DNA of 64,000 nucleotides from Takakia lepidozioides (Eukaryota; Plantae; Bryophyta). Location of the stretch: positions 26,288,001-26,352,000 of the forward strand of contig CM060734.1 of assembly GCA_030704615.1 (NCBI GenBank). The letters run 5' to 3'. Shown here one piece after another: positions 36,787-51,120 of the stretch (position 1 is its first letter; each line of letters opens with the position of its first letter). Below the pieces are notes generated by a model. The model made no database searches. It was not told where the DNA came from and saw only the letters and a program-made list of their open reading frames with translations. The position numbers and the translations under genes are program-made.

Positions 36787-37499
36787 CATGCGGGTCGAGG
36801 TTGTACTATACAAATTGATATCAGCAGTAACTACCATTAAAATGACATAAACATTTGGGATTGGTGCAGCCGCCTTATATGCAAATCTCTTGCGTCAAGT
36901 TATATTTGCCATTATATCTAGGTTTTAGGTCACCACCTTTAATGGGAGGCTGACAACACCCTAAAGACATACATGCTAACATAGACCTGGAATATTGTTG
37001 TTATGATTGATTATATGCAAATTAGGATTCAAGCCCTTGCAACTACATAACATTAAACATGATTATTGGAGTAAAATGGACTACTACTCAATGAATCAAT
37101 CTCTGGAATCCCAATGGGCTTCTCTTGTTCACCTTTATGGTCACTAGTACAGATTATCGTTTTTATGATACTGCATTTGCAGTCATAAGTGCAATTATGA
37201 CTACATTACTCTGCGGTGAGAAACGCGAAGTCAGTTCTACCATCATTGTGGAGTAATAAGCGATGGTCATGATCGTCACTGTAGACGTAGCACCTGCCCA
37301 ACGACTCATAGTGATGTGGGGTGTAGTAGGGTAGTCATAACTATGCGGCTGCAAGGCTATGTTTCATGACCACACTTATGACTACGTCACTACAGAGAAG
37401 CGCCAACAACATACAGAGGCCTCTCCATGACACGCCTGACCCCCCGGATGTATATGACTCCACGACTATATCTTATGACTACAATTATGCCTACACTTA

Positions 37500-37785
37500 T
37501 GACTACATCATTGCAAGCTAGTGGAAAACAACAAGGTGATGATGTTGAGGCCTGGAAAGAGGTCTTCTATGACATCCCCATGGGAGGGACCCTATGACTT
37601 TTTGGGGTACAAGGATGCAGGAAGCACCACAAAGACAAGGGAAGTTGCACGCAGATGCAGACTGAGAGATGGGGCAAACAAGGAATGGGTAAGAAGTAGG
37701 CGGGACTTGAAACCTTTTATACCACCAGTAGGTGTTCAGCCGGTGGAGGTGGTCAGTGAGGACCCTAACACTTAAAAGGGGAGAC
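37500..37785 (+). mobile_element. Gypsy integrase C-terminal remnant with polypurine tract
   Basis: KVMMLRPGK...WEGPY (GPY/F motif) followed by AAAAGGGGAGA. Confidence 0.55.
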
Positions 37786-38299
37786 ATGCAATATCTTTAA
37801 TTCAGTGAAAAAAAATCACACAAATATATAGATTGTCTGTGGAACGTCAATCATACCGGTGTAATATCCACTTCCTCTTCTATGAATTTAAGTTCATTAT
37901 GAGACTGGCTACATTGGGGCAATACCAACTGATGGCCAGATTTTTATATGCCTTCAGGTACATTGATGACATATGTTGGGTCAACGTAGGGAGGACGTAG
38001 GGGAAGCTATGCAGTTTCTAAACCCAGAAACAAAGAGAGAAGAAAACAACCATTGGTGGATTTACCCTCTTAACATTGTGGAGATCAAACCTGAACTTAT
38101 AAAGGTCTTTCCAAATTCAAATACAGTTGGTTCTGAGGCTAGCTTTTTGAATTTTCTCCAAGACGTTGTTAATCCATATGCAAAATTCATAAATAAATTT
38201 ATGTTGGGGAGTCGAGACTTACTATGAGTGACACGTGAAGTACCATTGTGCAACTCACTACTATTTTATCCGACATATCAGAGAACTATATTGCGGGGG

Positions 38300-38660
38300 A
38301 AAAAATGTCATTTTCGACAACGGCCATGCGATCCTACCTATCCTTCTCAGTGATGTCATATATAAGATTCTCAACTGTCTTCCTTGACTAATACTAAACT
38401 ATACAAGAGTTGCTAATGCTCTGGCACTCTCTAGAGCCAGGACCTACGTGTTCAACCACCAATTGTCAAAAGTGAGGATCTACAATGAAATCGCATTTGG
38501 ATGGATCAAATTTAAAGGATGTGGCATTGATATTACATTCATACCACAAATGGTCCATACATGTTGCATTCTATATAACATATTTGTGGATTTCAATGAA
38601 GTAGATTTTGATGATGTATTCAATAAGATGAATGCACTTGGAGCAGTCGGGGAGTGAGAT
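38300..38660 (+). mobile_element. Degenerate Harbinger transposase C-terminal remnant
   Basis: FNHQLSKVRIYNEIAFGWIK...MVHTCCILYN resembles the Harbinger pattern FN..hS..R..vE.aFG.lK...ccvLhN. Confidence 0.7.
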
Positions 38661-39040
38661 CATTTGGCTCATGATCAAGAACCGATTGTCGACTAGGGCC
38701 AGAATGTAGATATTAAACTATGAAAGATTTTATTTCGTCATTTTTATACGCATTATACGGTTATTGCTATAATGGGATTCACTTCTCTGAAATAGCATGC
38801 GAGATGTAATATTGTGGTGGGTCGATCGATCTCACATTTCAACACATCAAGAAATCGACCACTACCAGATTGAATGACATTGTTGCAAATTACGTTATGT
38901 GATGTTTTGGGATGACTTGTTTCATGAAATAGACCATAATCATTATCTTACACCCGTTATTTCTGTCAAGTCATATGGTACTCAAATTTGTCAAAGCTTC
39001 AAGACATCTTGACAAAAGGAGAAGCAGATGCGAAAGAGCT

Positions 39041-40540
39041 TGTCGTACACCTAAGCATCGTGCCACAACATACATCGCTGTCCACACACATTTTAAGCAC
39101 ACAATCCTAGAAAGCTATGCCACAATAAAAATGAAAGTGAACACAATGGAAACACTCCACTCATGAATCCACTCAATCACATAAACTAACTCAAGCCAAG
39201 GGCACATTTGCTAAAGGAATCCACCCTACAAAGCCCTCACCACACTCCATCTCAATACCTAGCGTTATGGAGGTGGGAGAGGCTCATGGAGGCTCAACTA
39301 CAAGAAGATGAGCCCTCCTCAACCCGCACAAGGGAAAACCCATCTCCATGTCCCAAGTGAGGCTTGACACCTCACTTGGCATATGAGATCAAATGAAGTC
39401 CCAACACACACAATACAAATATAAATATCCAAAATGTCCTAGTTAACTAGAAGCAGATAATTCTAGTTAACCATGACTAAAACCATGTGTCGTGCACCTA
39501 AGCATCGTGCCACATCATACATCGCTGTCCACACACATTTTAAGCACACAATCCTAGAAAGCTATGCCACAATCGCCCCCCTAGCTGGTGATTAGGCCCC
39601 TCTAACACCGGATAGCTGACAAGTATCCATCTCAATAAGATCATCGTTTGGTCTTCAATCGCACATGTCCCAATTTTCTAAAGTCTATGGATCAAGAGGC
39701 CGGGTGCAAATTAGAGAGCCCCATCGTTAGTCGTTTGCCTGCAATCCATGATCTTCAATTGAGTATCCATGGTGTTGAGCTTCCACCAGCTAGACCTTGG
39801 ATGACATGTCCATTACCTCTGTCCAAGGCATCGTGGACACCACCATTCTCCGCTAGGAACCTCCTCAAGAATCCCATGTGCCACCCCCTTGAGCATTTAT
39901 TACACACCAACATTGTGGCGGCACCACCAGCATGCCCACATAGCATGCAACGCAACCCTATAGGCACCTTCTAAACACCTTTGCATGCCCAATGACATCA
40001 AAGATTTCCTCTGGATGGCATATCCATCGAACTTAGTCTAACGGTTCACAAGACGATAGTCCCCATACATCTTTCTTTCTGTCCAATTGTCATAGATATC
40101 TTTCTTAGCTGGCATCACTGTTGCCGAGGCATACTCCCCGCCTGACAACTCCACCAATCCAGCTTCAAACAACTCCATAGTCCGTGACTAGATCAAAGAC
40201 CTCTCCATGTCATTATATCTGTAGGGCCTTCAAAAAATTGGCGTGTCACTTGCCAAATCAATACGAATCTCCTGGCCCTTCAAACTCCCCAAATCCTTCA
40301 AACCGAAGGCAAATCAATTTCTGTAAGCCCTTAGAAATCGCTGGATACTCCGTCTCTCTCCTCCGATGACTGTAGGTCCAACATTTGGTTCCCAGTTGTC
40401 CTCAGTGACTGCAACCTTGGGTACACCAGGCTTGGAGGTAGGAGACGCATCATTTGGTTGCTAGATAGCAACCTCTTGGGCCTTATCCGCCCACCCTGAC
40501 TGTGGCGTAGCCTCCACTTGCTTTGCTATAGCCACCTTGA
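39041..40540 (-). mobile_element. Deleted PHD-Gypsy derivative: RT piece, partial PHD, PPT, A-B-A terminal repeat
   Basis: EYASATVMPAKKD...GDYR RT piece; LRCMLCGHAGGAATMLVCNKCSRGWHMG; PPT CCAGCTAGGGGGGCG; 84-bp A repeats at 39488-39571 and 39041-39124. Confidence 0.85.
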
Positions 40541-40639
40541 GAACATCCTCCGCAAAAGAAACATCCTCAACCTTTTCAAGAGCCTTGGCCACCTTGGCCT
40601 CCAACTGATCCTCCGTGTATGGCTCTCCCCACTCCTCAT

Positions 40640-43290
40640 ATTGCTCTTTGCCCCGCTTGCTTTTTGTACTCGCTCCGGTTTTGTTGGCATGTGGTGCATG
40701 TCTTGACATACTCCTCGGCCTCCTCCCTCAATTTGGGCCAGAAATACTCTTTCTTCAAGAGTGCCGTGGTGCGCTTGGCTCCGCCGTGGCCTGCAAGCGG
40801 ACCATCGTGGCATTCTCTCAAGAGACTATCTCTGATCCATCCCTTCGGCACGTAAAGACGCTTTTGCTTATACCGGAGCAGTCCATTGTGCAAGTGTAAC
40901 TGCGATTTAACCCCCAACCTCAAGTCCTGCATCACGGACTTCGCCATCTCATCCTTTCGGTAAGCCTTCCGGATCTTCCTTTGGAGCGCCGTTTCGTCCC
41001 TGTACACCGACATGAGCTGCTGCTTTCTACTTAAAGCATCGGCCACCACATTGTCCCGTCTTGGTTTGTACTGGATATCCACGTCGAACACTACCAAAGT
41101 GTCTTGCTACCTAAGTTGTTTTGGGGACAACTTAGGTTGTGTGGCAAAATACTTCACCGTGACATTGTCCGAGAACACCTTCACCGGGTTGGAGCCAACA
41201 TAGTGGCGCCAAAGCTCAAGGCAATGCACCACCGCCTTCATTTCTTTCTCGTGCATAGGCCACCGTCACTCCACTTCATTTAGTTTCTTACTTTTGTAAG
41301 CCACTGGATGTCCGTCCTGCATGAGTACACCCCCAATTGGGAAGTCCGACGCATCTGTATGAATCTCAAATGGACGGTCGAACTCCGGGATTTTGAGGAC
41401 TGGAGCTTCCGCCATCCGCTGCTTCAACTCAGCAAAACCTTGGCCACAAAAGGTGTTCCATACCCATACCTTGGACTTACACAGAAGGTCCGACAGCAGC
41501 CCCGCGATCTTGGCGAAATTTCTCACATACTTTCGGTAATAGGAAGCGAGTCCTAGGAAGGATCGCACTCCCGGGACCGAAGTCGGAGGCGCCCAGTCCA
41601 AAATCGCCCTCACCTTTCTGTCATCCATTTTGATCCCATCCTGTGTAATCACATGCCCTAGGAACTCCACTTTTGTGACCCCAAATTTGCACTTTGAAGC
41701 TTTGGCATACAGCTTCCCTTCCTGCAATTTCTAAAACACCTTTTTGAGGTGCTCCAGGTGCTTTTCCTTTGTTTTCGAGTACATACCGCCTCCACCAAGC
41801 GGTTGATGGACTCTTCGGACAGCTCCGTGGTCGCCCGACTCATGTTCAATTGTCGGGGTTTCGCGGACTTCTTGGCCATGTGCCCGGGCTCCCCGCAATT
41901 AAAGCACACTCCATCGAATGTCGCCTTCTGTCCGGCATAAGCCGCCGCACCTGATTTTCCTTTCGGAGCACCGAGTGCTGCTTTGACGTGTGAAGACCTT
42001 CCCTTCAATTTCCATATGCCACAAGAAGGTCTGGTGGGAGGGTGACTCTTTCCGACCGGAAAAGAAGTGGGATAGGCCACGCGGCGACACGTCGCCCCCA
42101 CCGGGCTCACCAGGATCATCATCTTTCGGGCCATTCCGCTTTCGCTTTCGCTTGCCCGACCCCATGATGAGGCCGATCTCAAGGACGATCGCGTACTGAA
42201 CTCTAAGCTCACTTCGGTAAGCTTCATTTCATGTCATAGTTACTCGCTTTGATGCGCGCGCCTAACTCCCAAACTGGCCGCCGGGCCAACTCGGAGCTTC
42301 GGCTGCTCACCGAGACATAACGGTCCCCCTTTGCTCCTCCACAAGACCCTCGCTCACTTTGGGCCTAGTGGAAATTCCCTTTGGTTGTTGGAGTCCGGAA
42401 CAGCTCCCCACACCTTGGTCGCTTTCCGAAGCGGCAATTGGAAGAAGCGATTTATGCTTCTAAAAGCGAGGGCTCAAGAACGGGAGGAATCTGGGGAGTC
42501 GGAGCCCGAGGACTTTCCGGAGGTTCCGGCAGACCAACAAATGTCTCCCATGCCAGCAGCCTTTTGGGAAGGGTTGTTCGCGCAGTTTGGCGGGACGTTG
42601 AAAGATGTGATGAGGGCGGCCAATGCCACATCCACTAAGACAAAATTTAAGGTAAAGCCTCAGGAACCCGGTACCTTCAAGAGCGTCTGAAATCGGAAGG
42701 CACTCAACACCTGGCTCTTGGAGCTGGAGCAGTACTTCCGGGCGGCCAAGTTGAGTGACGAGGATCGGGTGGAAGTGGCTCCCACCTATTTGAGGGGCTA
42801 TGCTCAACAATGGTGGCAGAAACGCCTTCATGACCAAGGTCCAAACCCAGAAACCTTGAACTGGAGTGGGTTCAAGGAACTTATGAAAAGACAGTTTGTT
42901 CCCCTCAACGCGTCCTGGCTTGCCCGGGACAAGATGAGGAATGTGAAGCAAACGGATGACATTCGGGGATATGTTCAGGCTTTCAATGTGCTGTTGCTCG
43001 AAGTTGCGGATATGGCGGAACCAGAAATGGTCTTAACTTTGTGGCGGGGACTGGCCCCATAGGCCAGACGGAAGTTGAGGAGAAGCCACCTAAGACTTTG
43101 AATGAGGCAATTGAAAGGGCTTAATGTTCTCGGATGTCCCTAGGGGCGAAAGACAGGCCGCTTACTCACTTGTTTTGGTCACCACGGGCTTGCACCGTTC
43201 TCGGGGTTACTACTCCCTATATATACTTCTTGACTGTCCGCGGGGGTTTCCAAAACACACCGTCCTTTTATGGTGAACCACCACGAAGAC
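40640..43290. mobile_element. Scrambled mosaic of RNase H/integrase, gag and LTR pieces of the iMet-PBS Gypsy family in both orientations
   Basis: RH-INT on minus (40640-41770), gag pieces on minus (41780-42210), LTR pieces (42210-42430, 43160-43290), gag on plus (42430-43160). Confidence 0.85.
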
Positions 43291-43294
43291 CCTT

Positions 43295-46200
43295 TGTTGC
43301 GCACCTCACTTCGGTAAGCTCCCCTTCAAGTCATAGTTACTTGCTCTAATGCGCGCGCCTGACTCCTCCACTGGCCGCCGGGCCACTTGGAGCTTCGGCT
43401 GCTCACCGGGACATAACGGTCCCCCTTCGCTCTCTACTAAAAACCCTCCACCTCCACCGCTTTGGGCCTAAGTGGAATTCCCTTTGGTAGTGGGCAGTCG
43501 GACAGCTCCTCATCTTTGGTCGCTTCCCCGGCTCGCGGTCGCTTACTCACTAGTTTTTTTTGTCACCAACGGCTTGCACCGTTCTCAGGGTCACCGACTC
43601 CCCTTATATATACTTCTGTAAGCTATCCGCGGGGTTTCACAACCACCATGCCATTTTAGGCGAACCACCACGAAACCCTCGACTCCCGGTGGTGAGTCGC
43701 GGTGGTCTGGCCCACTCACCACGGACCCTATTGACCGTGATGAGTCCCCAACCTCCCCAGTACTCCCACCACGAGGTCTCCGCCCCCATGGTGAGTCCTA
43801 TGTCACCCCCACTAAGTCCCGCTAAGCTACCACCACCCCTTGTGGAGCCACCCCCACCGCAACCCGGTGTGCGGGGCTCCACCTAGTGAGCGCCCTCCGC
43901 CTCCTTGAGTGCCTTGGGCACTCAGGGTGCTTCAGCCCCGTACCTATCGCTGCCGCTGCCGCCCCCCACCACAGGGGCAGCCCCTCATGTGTCCCGACCC
44001 CCCCTGCCCTCAAGGCAAAGGGCCGCGACACACACCCCTACCAACAGGGAGTCGATGTCCTCATCGACTTGTCCATTTTGTAGGAACGAACATCCAAGTT
44101 GTGGCGTCCCACCTCAAGGAGTTTGTTTCCGCACCATGGCGTCCCATGGCAAAGAACCAAACCCCCCACTTGACTCTACTCTCCACTAGCTAGTTCGGCC
44201 GACTTCCTTCAAGTCCCGGCCAAGGGTGGAGCCTCTCCAGCTCCTCCCAGTGCACTCTCTTGGCCTACTTCAAGGCCAAGGAACGATCCTCCCGAGGATC
44301 GAATCGCCTTACTGCAAAAACATTGCTTGTGACCGCTCATGATGCCGCTTTTGGCATCACCTTGAGCAAGGGTTTCCCCGGAACCCTCTTTGACTAGGAA
44401 GATAACCTTGAACCAACCCCCAATCACTACAATTGGGTCCGCCTTGGAATGCTGGCCTGAGGTACGGGAACACACCGAAGCCGCACTACGACTTCGTCCC
44501 GAGGCTACACAATTATAGTACGTGAACGGAAACACGTGGCTTCCGCGTTAGCCCGCATACAAGGCAACCCGGGTAGCGCAGTTATAGTACGCGCACGCGC
44601 CAGGTGCGCACTAGCACGTGAACTCCCAAAGAAGGCGCAAGTTTCCTTGCCCTCGGATGGGGGTCACCCGATTTCGGCACTACGCAAACACACGATTAAC
44701 CCAATTTTACCTCTCCCACTTTTATAAGCTAGCATGCATTCTACACACTAGCCAACCATACCATGCATCACCATTCCAAACAAAATAGGACGCACAACAT
44801 TTGGAAGCCATTTCATTTATAGCACGTTTTATACAATACAAGTTTTTGCAATCGGATTCCTAAGCTAGCTAAGCCGGGCTAAGCTGCTTATACCGGAGCA
44901 GTCCATTTTGCAAGTGAAACTGCGATTTAACCCCCATCCTCAAGTCTTGCATCACGAACTTCGCCAGCTCATCCTTCCGGCAAGCCTTCCTGATCTTCCT
45001 TTGGAGCGCCGTCTCGCCCTTTACACACCAACAGAGCTGCTGCTTTCTACTTAAAGCATCGGCCACCACGTTGTCTCGTCCCGGTTTGTACTGGATATCC
45101 ACGTCGAACACCGCCAAAGTATCTTGCCACCTAAGTTGTTTTGGGGACAACTTGGGCTGCGTGGCAAAATACTTCACCGTGACATTGTCCGTGAACACCT
45201 TCACTAGGTTGGAACCAACATAGTGGCGCCAAAGCTCAAGACAGTGCACCACCGCCTTCATCTCTTTCTCGTGCGTCGGCCACCGTTGCTCCACTTCATT
45301 AGTTTCTTACTTTCGTAAGCCACTGGACGTCCATCTTGCATCAGTACACCCCCAATCGCGAAGTTTGACGCATCTGTATGTATCTCGAATGGACGATCGA
45401 ACTCCGGGATTTTCAAGACTGGAGCTTCCGCCATCCGCTGCTTCAATTCAACAAAAGCTTGGCCACAAAAGGTGTTCCATGCCCAGACTTTAGATTTACA
45501 CAGAAGGTCTGACAGCGGCCCCGCAATCTTGGCGAATTTCTCACATACTTCCGGTAATAGGAGGCGAGTCCTAGGAAGGATCGCACTCCCGGGACCGAAG
45601 TCGGAGGCTCCCAGTCCAAGATGGCCCTCACCTTCTTGTCATCCATTTTGATCCCATCTTGTGTAATCACATGCACCAGGAACTCCACTTTTATGACCCC
45701 GAATTCGCACTTTGAAGCTTTGGCATACAGCTTCCCTTCCCGCAATTTCTGGAACACCCTTTCGAGATGCTCCAGGTGCTCCCCCTTTGTTTTTCAAATA
45801 CACCAAGATGTCGTCGATGTACACGATCACAAAGTCATCCAACCACTCCTGGAAAAGGCTGTTCATCAGCGTGCTAAAGGTCGCAGGTGCATTGGTGAGC
45901 CCAAAAAGCATCACCAGAACTAATCATATGAACCATACCTTGTCTTGCACGCGGTCTTCTCCTCATCTCCTTCCGCCACCCAAATTTGATGATAGCCGGA
46001 GCGCAAGTCGATCCGGCTGAAATACTTCGCTCCTGCCAACCGATCGAAGAGGTCGTCCATCCTTGGCAAAGGGTACCGGTTTTTTATAGTCACCTTATTC
46101 AGAGCCCTGTAATTGACACACATCCGTAGCGTCCCATCCTTTTTATCTGCAAATAGCACCGGGGCTCCGTAAGGTGACTTACTCTCGCCGGATGTACCCC

Positions 46201-48886
46201 TTTGACATTAGATCTTTGAGCTGAGTCTTCAGCTCGACCAACTCCCTGTGGCTCAACCGGTAGGGCGCCTTGGCAGGCGCTTCTGATCCCGGTATCCCTC
46301 AATCTTGTGGTCAACTCCTCTTCGCGGTGGCAAGCCGCTTGGCAAATCCTCCGGCATCACATCCTGGTATTTCTCCAAAATCCCCTTGATCCAATCTGGG
46401 TTCGGCTCTCCATCACCTTCTCCCTTGACTTCTCTAATGTAGAGCAAAAATTGGGGCTCGTGTGCCTCCTCCACGGCCCACTCCTTTGCTGACATAAGGT
46501 TTATTCGCCCTCCCACGGATTTGGGCGTTTCCGAAACTCGTAAGACCTCGCCACCATTCCAACATGGCAGCATGACTACCCTCTTGCGGCCATCTATGAC
46601 CGACCGCTCCGATTTGCTCAAAAAGGTCATCCCCAAAATGAGATCCACTCCATCGATCTCGCAGACGGTGAAGTTCTCACGTCCCTCCCAACTCCCCAGT
46701 TGAAGAGGAACATGAACGCAATTGCGGTTCTCCTTTCCTTTGGCAGAACGCACCTCAATAGAGGCCCCTACGTCAGTCGTCAGGAGTCCCAGCTTTTGTG
46801 CCATTGCCGGTGTCATGAAGGAGTGCGACGCTCCTGTGTCCACCAACAATGACACGTTAGTTCCGGATATTATCCCATCCACGAACAATAAGTGACTCCC
46901 TTTACGCAATGCGCCAGTTTCCTGATACAACTCACAAGAATATTTGCCTACCTTGCAAGTCCTGGCGACCACCGCTTCCACCAAGTGACTGATGGTATCT
47001 TCCGACAGCTCCGTGGTTGCCCGAGTCATGTTCAATTGTCGGGGTTTCGTGCACTTCTTGGCCATGTGCCCCGGCTCTCCGCAATTGAAACACACTCCAT
47101 CAAAGGTCGCCTTCTGTCCGCCATAAGCTGCTCCACCCGCTTTTCCTTTCGAAGCACCGGGTGCCGCCTTGACGTGTGAAGGCCCTCCCTTCGATTTCCA
47201 CGTGCCATTGTCGCCGCGTGGCCTATCCCACTTCTTTTCCGGTCGGAAGGAGTCACCTTCCCGCCGGGTCTTCTTGTGGTTCAGCTCCGTACGGCCTTGT
47301 CTTTCACCCCTAGAGAGACATCTGAGAACATTCGGCCCTCTCAATTGCCTCGTTCAAAGTCTTAGGTGGCTTCTCTCCAACTTCCGCCTGGCCCATGGGG
47401 CCAGTCCCGCCACAAAGTTGAAGACCATTTCCGGTTTCTTCTGCCATGTCCGCGACTTCGAGCAAAAGCACATTGAAAGCCTGGACATATCCCTGAATGT
47501 CGTCTGTTTGCTTCAAATTCCTCATCTTGTCCCGGGCAAGCCATACGCGTTGAGGGGCACAAACTGTCTCTTCATCAATTCCTTGAACCCACTCCAGTTC
47601 AAGGTTTCCGGGCTTGGACCGATTCGTGAAGGCGTTTCTGCCACCATTGTTGAGCATAGCCCCTCAAATAGGTGGGAGCCACTTCCACCCGATCCTCGTC
47701 ACTCAACTTGGCCGCCCGGAAGTACTGCTCTAGCTCCAAGAGCCAGGTGTTGAGTGCCTTCTGATTTCGGACGCCCTCGAAGGTGCCGGTTCCTTAGGCT
47801 TCACCTTAAACTTTGCCTTAGGGGAAGTGGCATTAGCCGCCCTCAACACGTCTTTCACAGCGTCCCGCCAACTGCGCCAACAACCTTCCCAAAAGGCTCC
47901 CGGCATGGGAGGCATCTGTTGGTCGGTCGGAGCTCTCACGGATTTCTCGGGCTCCGACTCCTCGGATTCCTCCCGCTCTTGGGCGGCCTCGTTTTCAGAA
48001 ACCTGCGTCGCTTCCTCAAATGGCCACTTCGGTGACACGTCGCTCCCATCGGGCTCACCAGGATCATCATCTTTTGGGCCGTTCCGCTTTCGCTTTGGCT
48101 TGCCCGACCCCATGATGAGGCCAATCCCAAGGACGATCGCGTACTGAACTCTAAGCTCTGATACCAAATGTCGCGCACCTCACTTCGGTAAGCTCCCCTT
48201 CAAGTCATAGTTACTCGCTCTAATGCGCGCGCCTGACTCCCAACCTGCCGCCGGGCCAACTTGGAGCTTCGGCTGCTCACCGAGACATAACGGTCCCCCT
48301 TTGCTCTCTCACTAAACCCTCCACCTCGTTGGGCCTAGTGGAATTCCCTTTGGTAGTTGGCAGTCCGGAACAACTCCTCACTCTTTGTTCGCTTTCCGGC
48401 TCGCTTGCTTACTCACTAGTTTTTGGTCACCAACGGGCTTGCACCGTTTTCGGGGTCACTACTCCCCTTATATATACTTCTGTAGCTTTCCGCGGGGGTT
48501 TCACAACCAGCCATGCCATTTTATGGCGACAACCACCAACCACAAAAACCCTCGACTCTCGGTGGTGAGTTGCGGTGAGTCTTTTGGCCCACTCACCACG
48601 GCCCCTATGGACCGTGATGAGTCCCAAGACTCCCCATGACTCCCACCACGAGGTCTCCGCCCCCATGGTGAGTCCTATGCCACCCCCACTAAGTCCCGCT
48701 AAGCTACCACCACCCCTTGTGGAGCCACCCCCACCGCACCCGTTGTGCGGGGCTCCACCTAGTGAGCGCCTCCGCCTCCTTGAGTGCCTTGGGCACTCAA
48801 GGTGGCTTCAGCCCCCCGTACCTATTTTTTGCTGCCGCTGCCACCCCCCTACCATAGGGGCCGCCCTCATGTGTCCCCGACCCCCC
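43295..48886 (-). mobile_element. Near full-length Ty3/Gypsy LTR retrotransposon (gag, PR, RT, RNase H; integrase core missing)
   Basis: 3' LTR 43295-44030; 5' LTR from 48169 into the gap; PBS 48155-48166; LVDTGASHSF, YIDD, FEIHTDAS, NVVADALSR. Pol stops at 44869. Confidence 0.92.
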
Positions 48887-49386
48887 NNNNNNNNNNNNNN
48901 NNNNNNNNNNNNNNNNNNNNNNNNNNNNNNNNNNNNNNNNNNNNNNNNNNNNNNNNNNNNNNNNNNNNNNNNNNNNNNNNNNNNNNNNNNNNNNNNNNNN
49001 NNNNNNNNNNNNNNNNNNNNNNNNNNNNNNNNNNNNNNNNNNNNNNNNNNNNNNNNNNNNNNNNNNNNNNNNNNNNNNNNNNNNNNNNNNNNNNNNNNNN
49101 NNNNNNNNNNNNNNNNNNNNNNNNNNNNNNNNNNNNNNNNNNNNNNNNNNNNNNNNNNNNNNNNNNNNNNNNNNNNNNNNNNNNNNNNNNNNNNNNNNNN
49201 NNNNNNNNNNNNNNNNNNNNNNNNNNNNNNNNNNNNNNNNNNNNNNNNNNNNNNNNNNNNNNNNNNNNNNNNNNNNNNNNNNNNNNNNNNNNNNNNNNNN
49301 NNNNNNNNNNNNNNNNNNNNNNNNNNNNNNNNNNNNNNNNNNNNNNNNNNNNNNNNNNNNNNNNNNNNNNNNNNNNNNNNNNNNNN
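48887..49386. other. Assembly gap (500 N)
   Basis: Run of N. Confidence 1.
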
Positions 49387-50324
49387 AACAAGACATGGGA
49401 GGCCAAGCTCATAGGAGTCATACATGAGATCCCAAGCTCAAGTTCACAGGTTGCAAGACGGCGACTAACGATGGGCAACTCTTGCACCCGGCCTCTTGAT
49501 CTATCGAGTTTGAGTGTAGTAGGGATAGTGGTGGAGGACTTAGTGAGGCTATGGTCACTATCACATCTTGTGGCTACCTGGACTTAGAGGGACCTAAGCA
49601 CCAGCTAGGGGGGCGATTGTGTGGACTAGTGACTGCCATAGTGGGGCAGCGTAGTGGCAGCCTAGTGACTGACTAGTTGTAGCCTAGTGGTTGGACTAGT
49701 GGCTGGACTAGTGGTAGACTAGTGGTATACTAGTGTGTGGTGTGCACATGTGTTGTGTGGTTTTGGACAGCGATGTAGTTGTGTAGCGATATGTATGCGC
49801 ACGACAGCTGTCAAGTTATTTTACCACTAGTGTGAAACTAGCTAGGAAATAGCTAGCTTTTACATATTGACATTTGGGATTGGCCCAAATGTCAATCCAG
49901 GGGTCAAGGCAGATTTAGGCCCTGGAGTGGTTATCTTCACGGCAAGCGCGGGAGGCTCATCTTTCTCGAGTTGAGCCTCACCGCGCCTAGCTATGGCGCC
50001 GTAGTGTGGATTCCCCATGGCGTGGGGTGCACTTGGCTTGACTTGTATTTGAGTGATGAGGTTATATATGCATGAGTTTATGCTTCAGCTTTGTGAGCTC
50101 GCATGAGCTTATGCTTGTATTCTTCCTCTTTATCATTGTGTGGACTAGTGACTGCCATAGTGGGCAGCGTAGTGGCAGCCTAGTGACTGACTAGTTGTAG
50201 CCTAGTGGTTGGACTAGTGGCTGGACTAGTGGTAGACTAGTGGTATACTAGTGTGTGGTGTGCACATATGTTGTGTGGTTTTGGACAGCGATGTAGTTGT
50301 GTAGCGATATGTATGCGCACGACA
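49387..50324 (+). mobile_element. 3' end of a PHD-Gypsy family member (3' UTR, PPT, A-B-A repeat)
   Basis: 3' UTR matches 54545-54777. PPT CCAGCTAGGGGGGCG. A repeats of ~189 bp at 49618-49806 and 50137-50324. Confidence 0.88.
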
Positions 50325-50579
50325 GGTTCAATGGCTAGTCGGCACCTCGTCCATCAATATCATCTCTACAATAGTATCTTGATGAATATATCCATCTTTT
50401 ATTCTTAATCAGCGCTGACCAATCCATACAACTGGCTTTATCAATCCATAACCATAATTAGCTTATATCCTTGGTTATATGAAACCTAGGAGTGGGCGTT
50501 AAATCATAAACCGATTATTAACCGATTATTACTATCACAATCTAGAACCGTTCGGTTCAATAGGTAAAGATAGAGGAGG

Positions 50580-51120
50580 TGCGTGATAAACTCCCCCACT
50601 CAAAGTTAATCAGTGTCCTCAATGATACTAGGGGAAATCCTGAAAATCATTCTTAGGATGTTAATAAATACCAACTTTTAATCCAAAAGACTTCTAAAAT
50701 GACTAACAACCATTCGATCCCAGTCGCAATTATTTGCCAACATCGTTCGGCAATCTATACATTCTTCTACCTTGAATAGAATGGAAATGTCAGAGTTGGT
50801 ATTATTCTTAGCAGGCCAAAAGATGCCTGTTTAGACAATCTATCAATCACAAAAGAATACTATCATGCTGATGCCTTGTTTAGGCAAAGCCACAATAAAC
50901 TCCATGCTAATGGATTCCCATCTAGCCTTAGGGACATCCAAAGGTTACAACAAATCTGGATTTTTCACTCTTTCCATTTTCAAGACCTGGCAAGGAAAAT
51001 GCCTTACAACTAAATCTTGGATATCTCTTCACATTCCTAACAAAACTGTTTCTTTATCTTCATATGTCTTTTGAAATCCCGAGTGACCAACACTCATGAT
51101 GTTGTGAAAATCATAAATAA
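50580..51120 (-). mobile_element. Highly degenerate Gypsy integrase remnant
   Basis: FHNIMSVGHSGFQKTY...CQV...PLDVPKARWESISMEFIVALP read on the minus strand with stops. Confidence 0.65.

Noticed and set aside
48575-49587. Long ORFs across 48.6-49.6 kb
   Set aside because: Artefacts of translating through the N gap.
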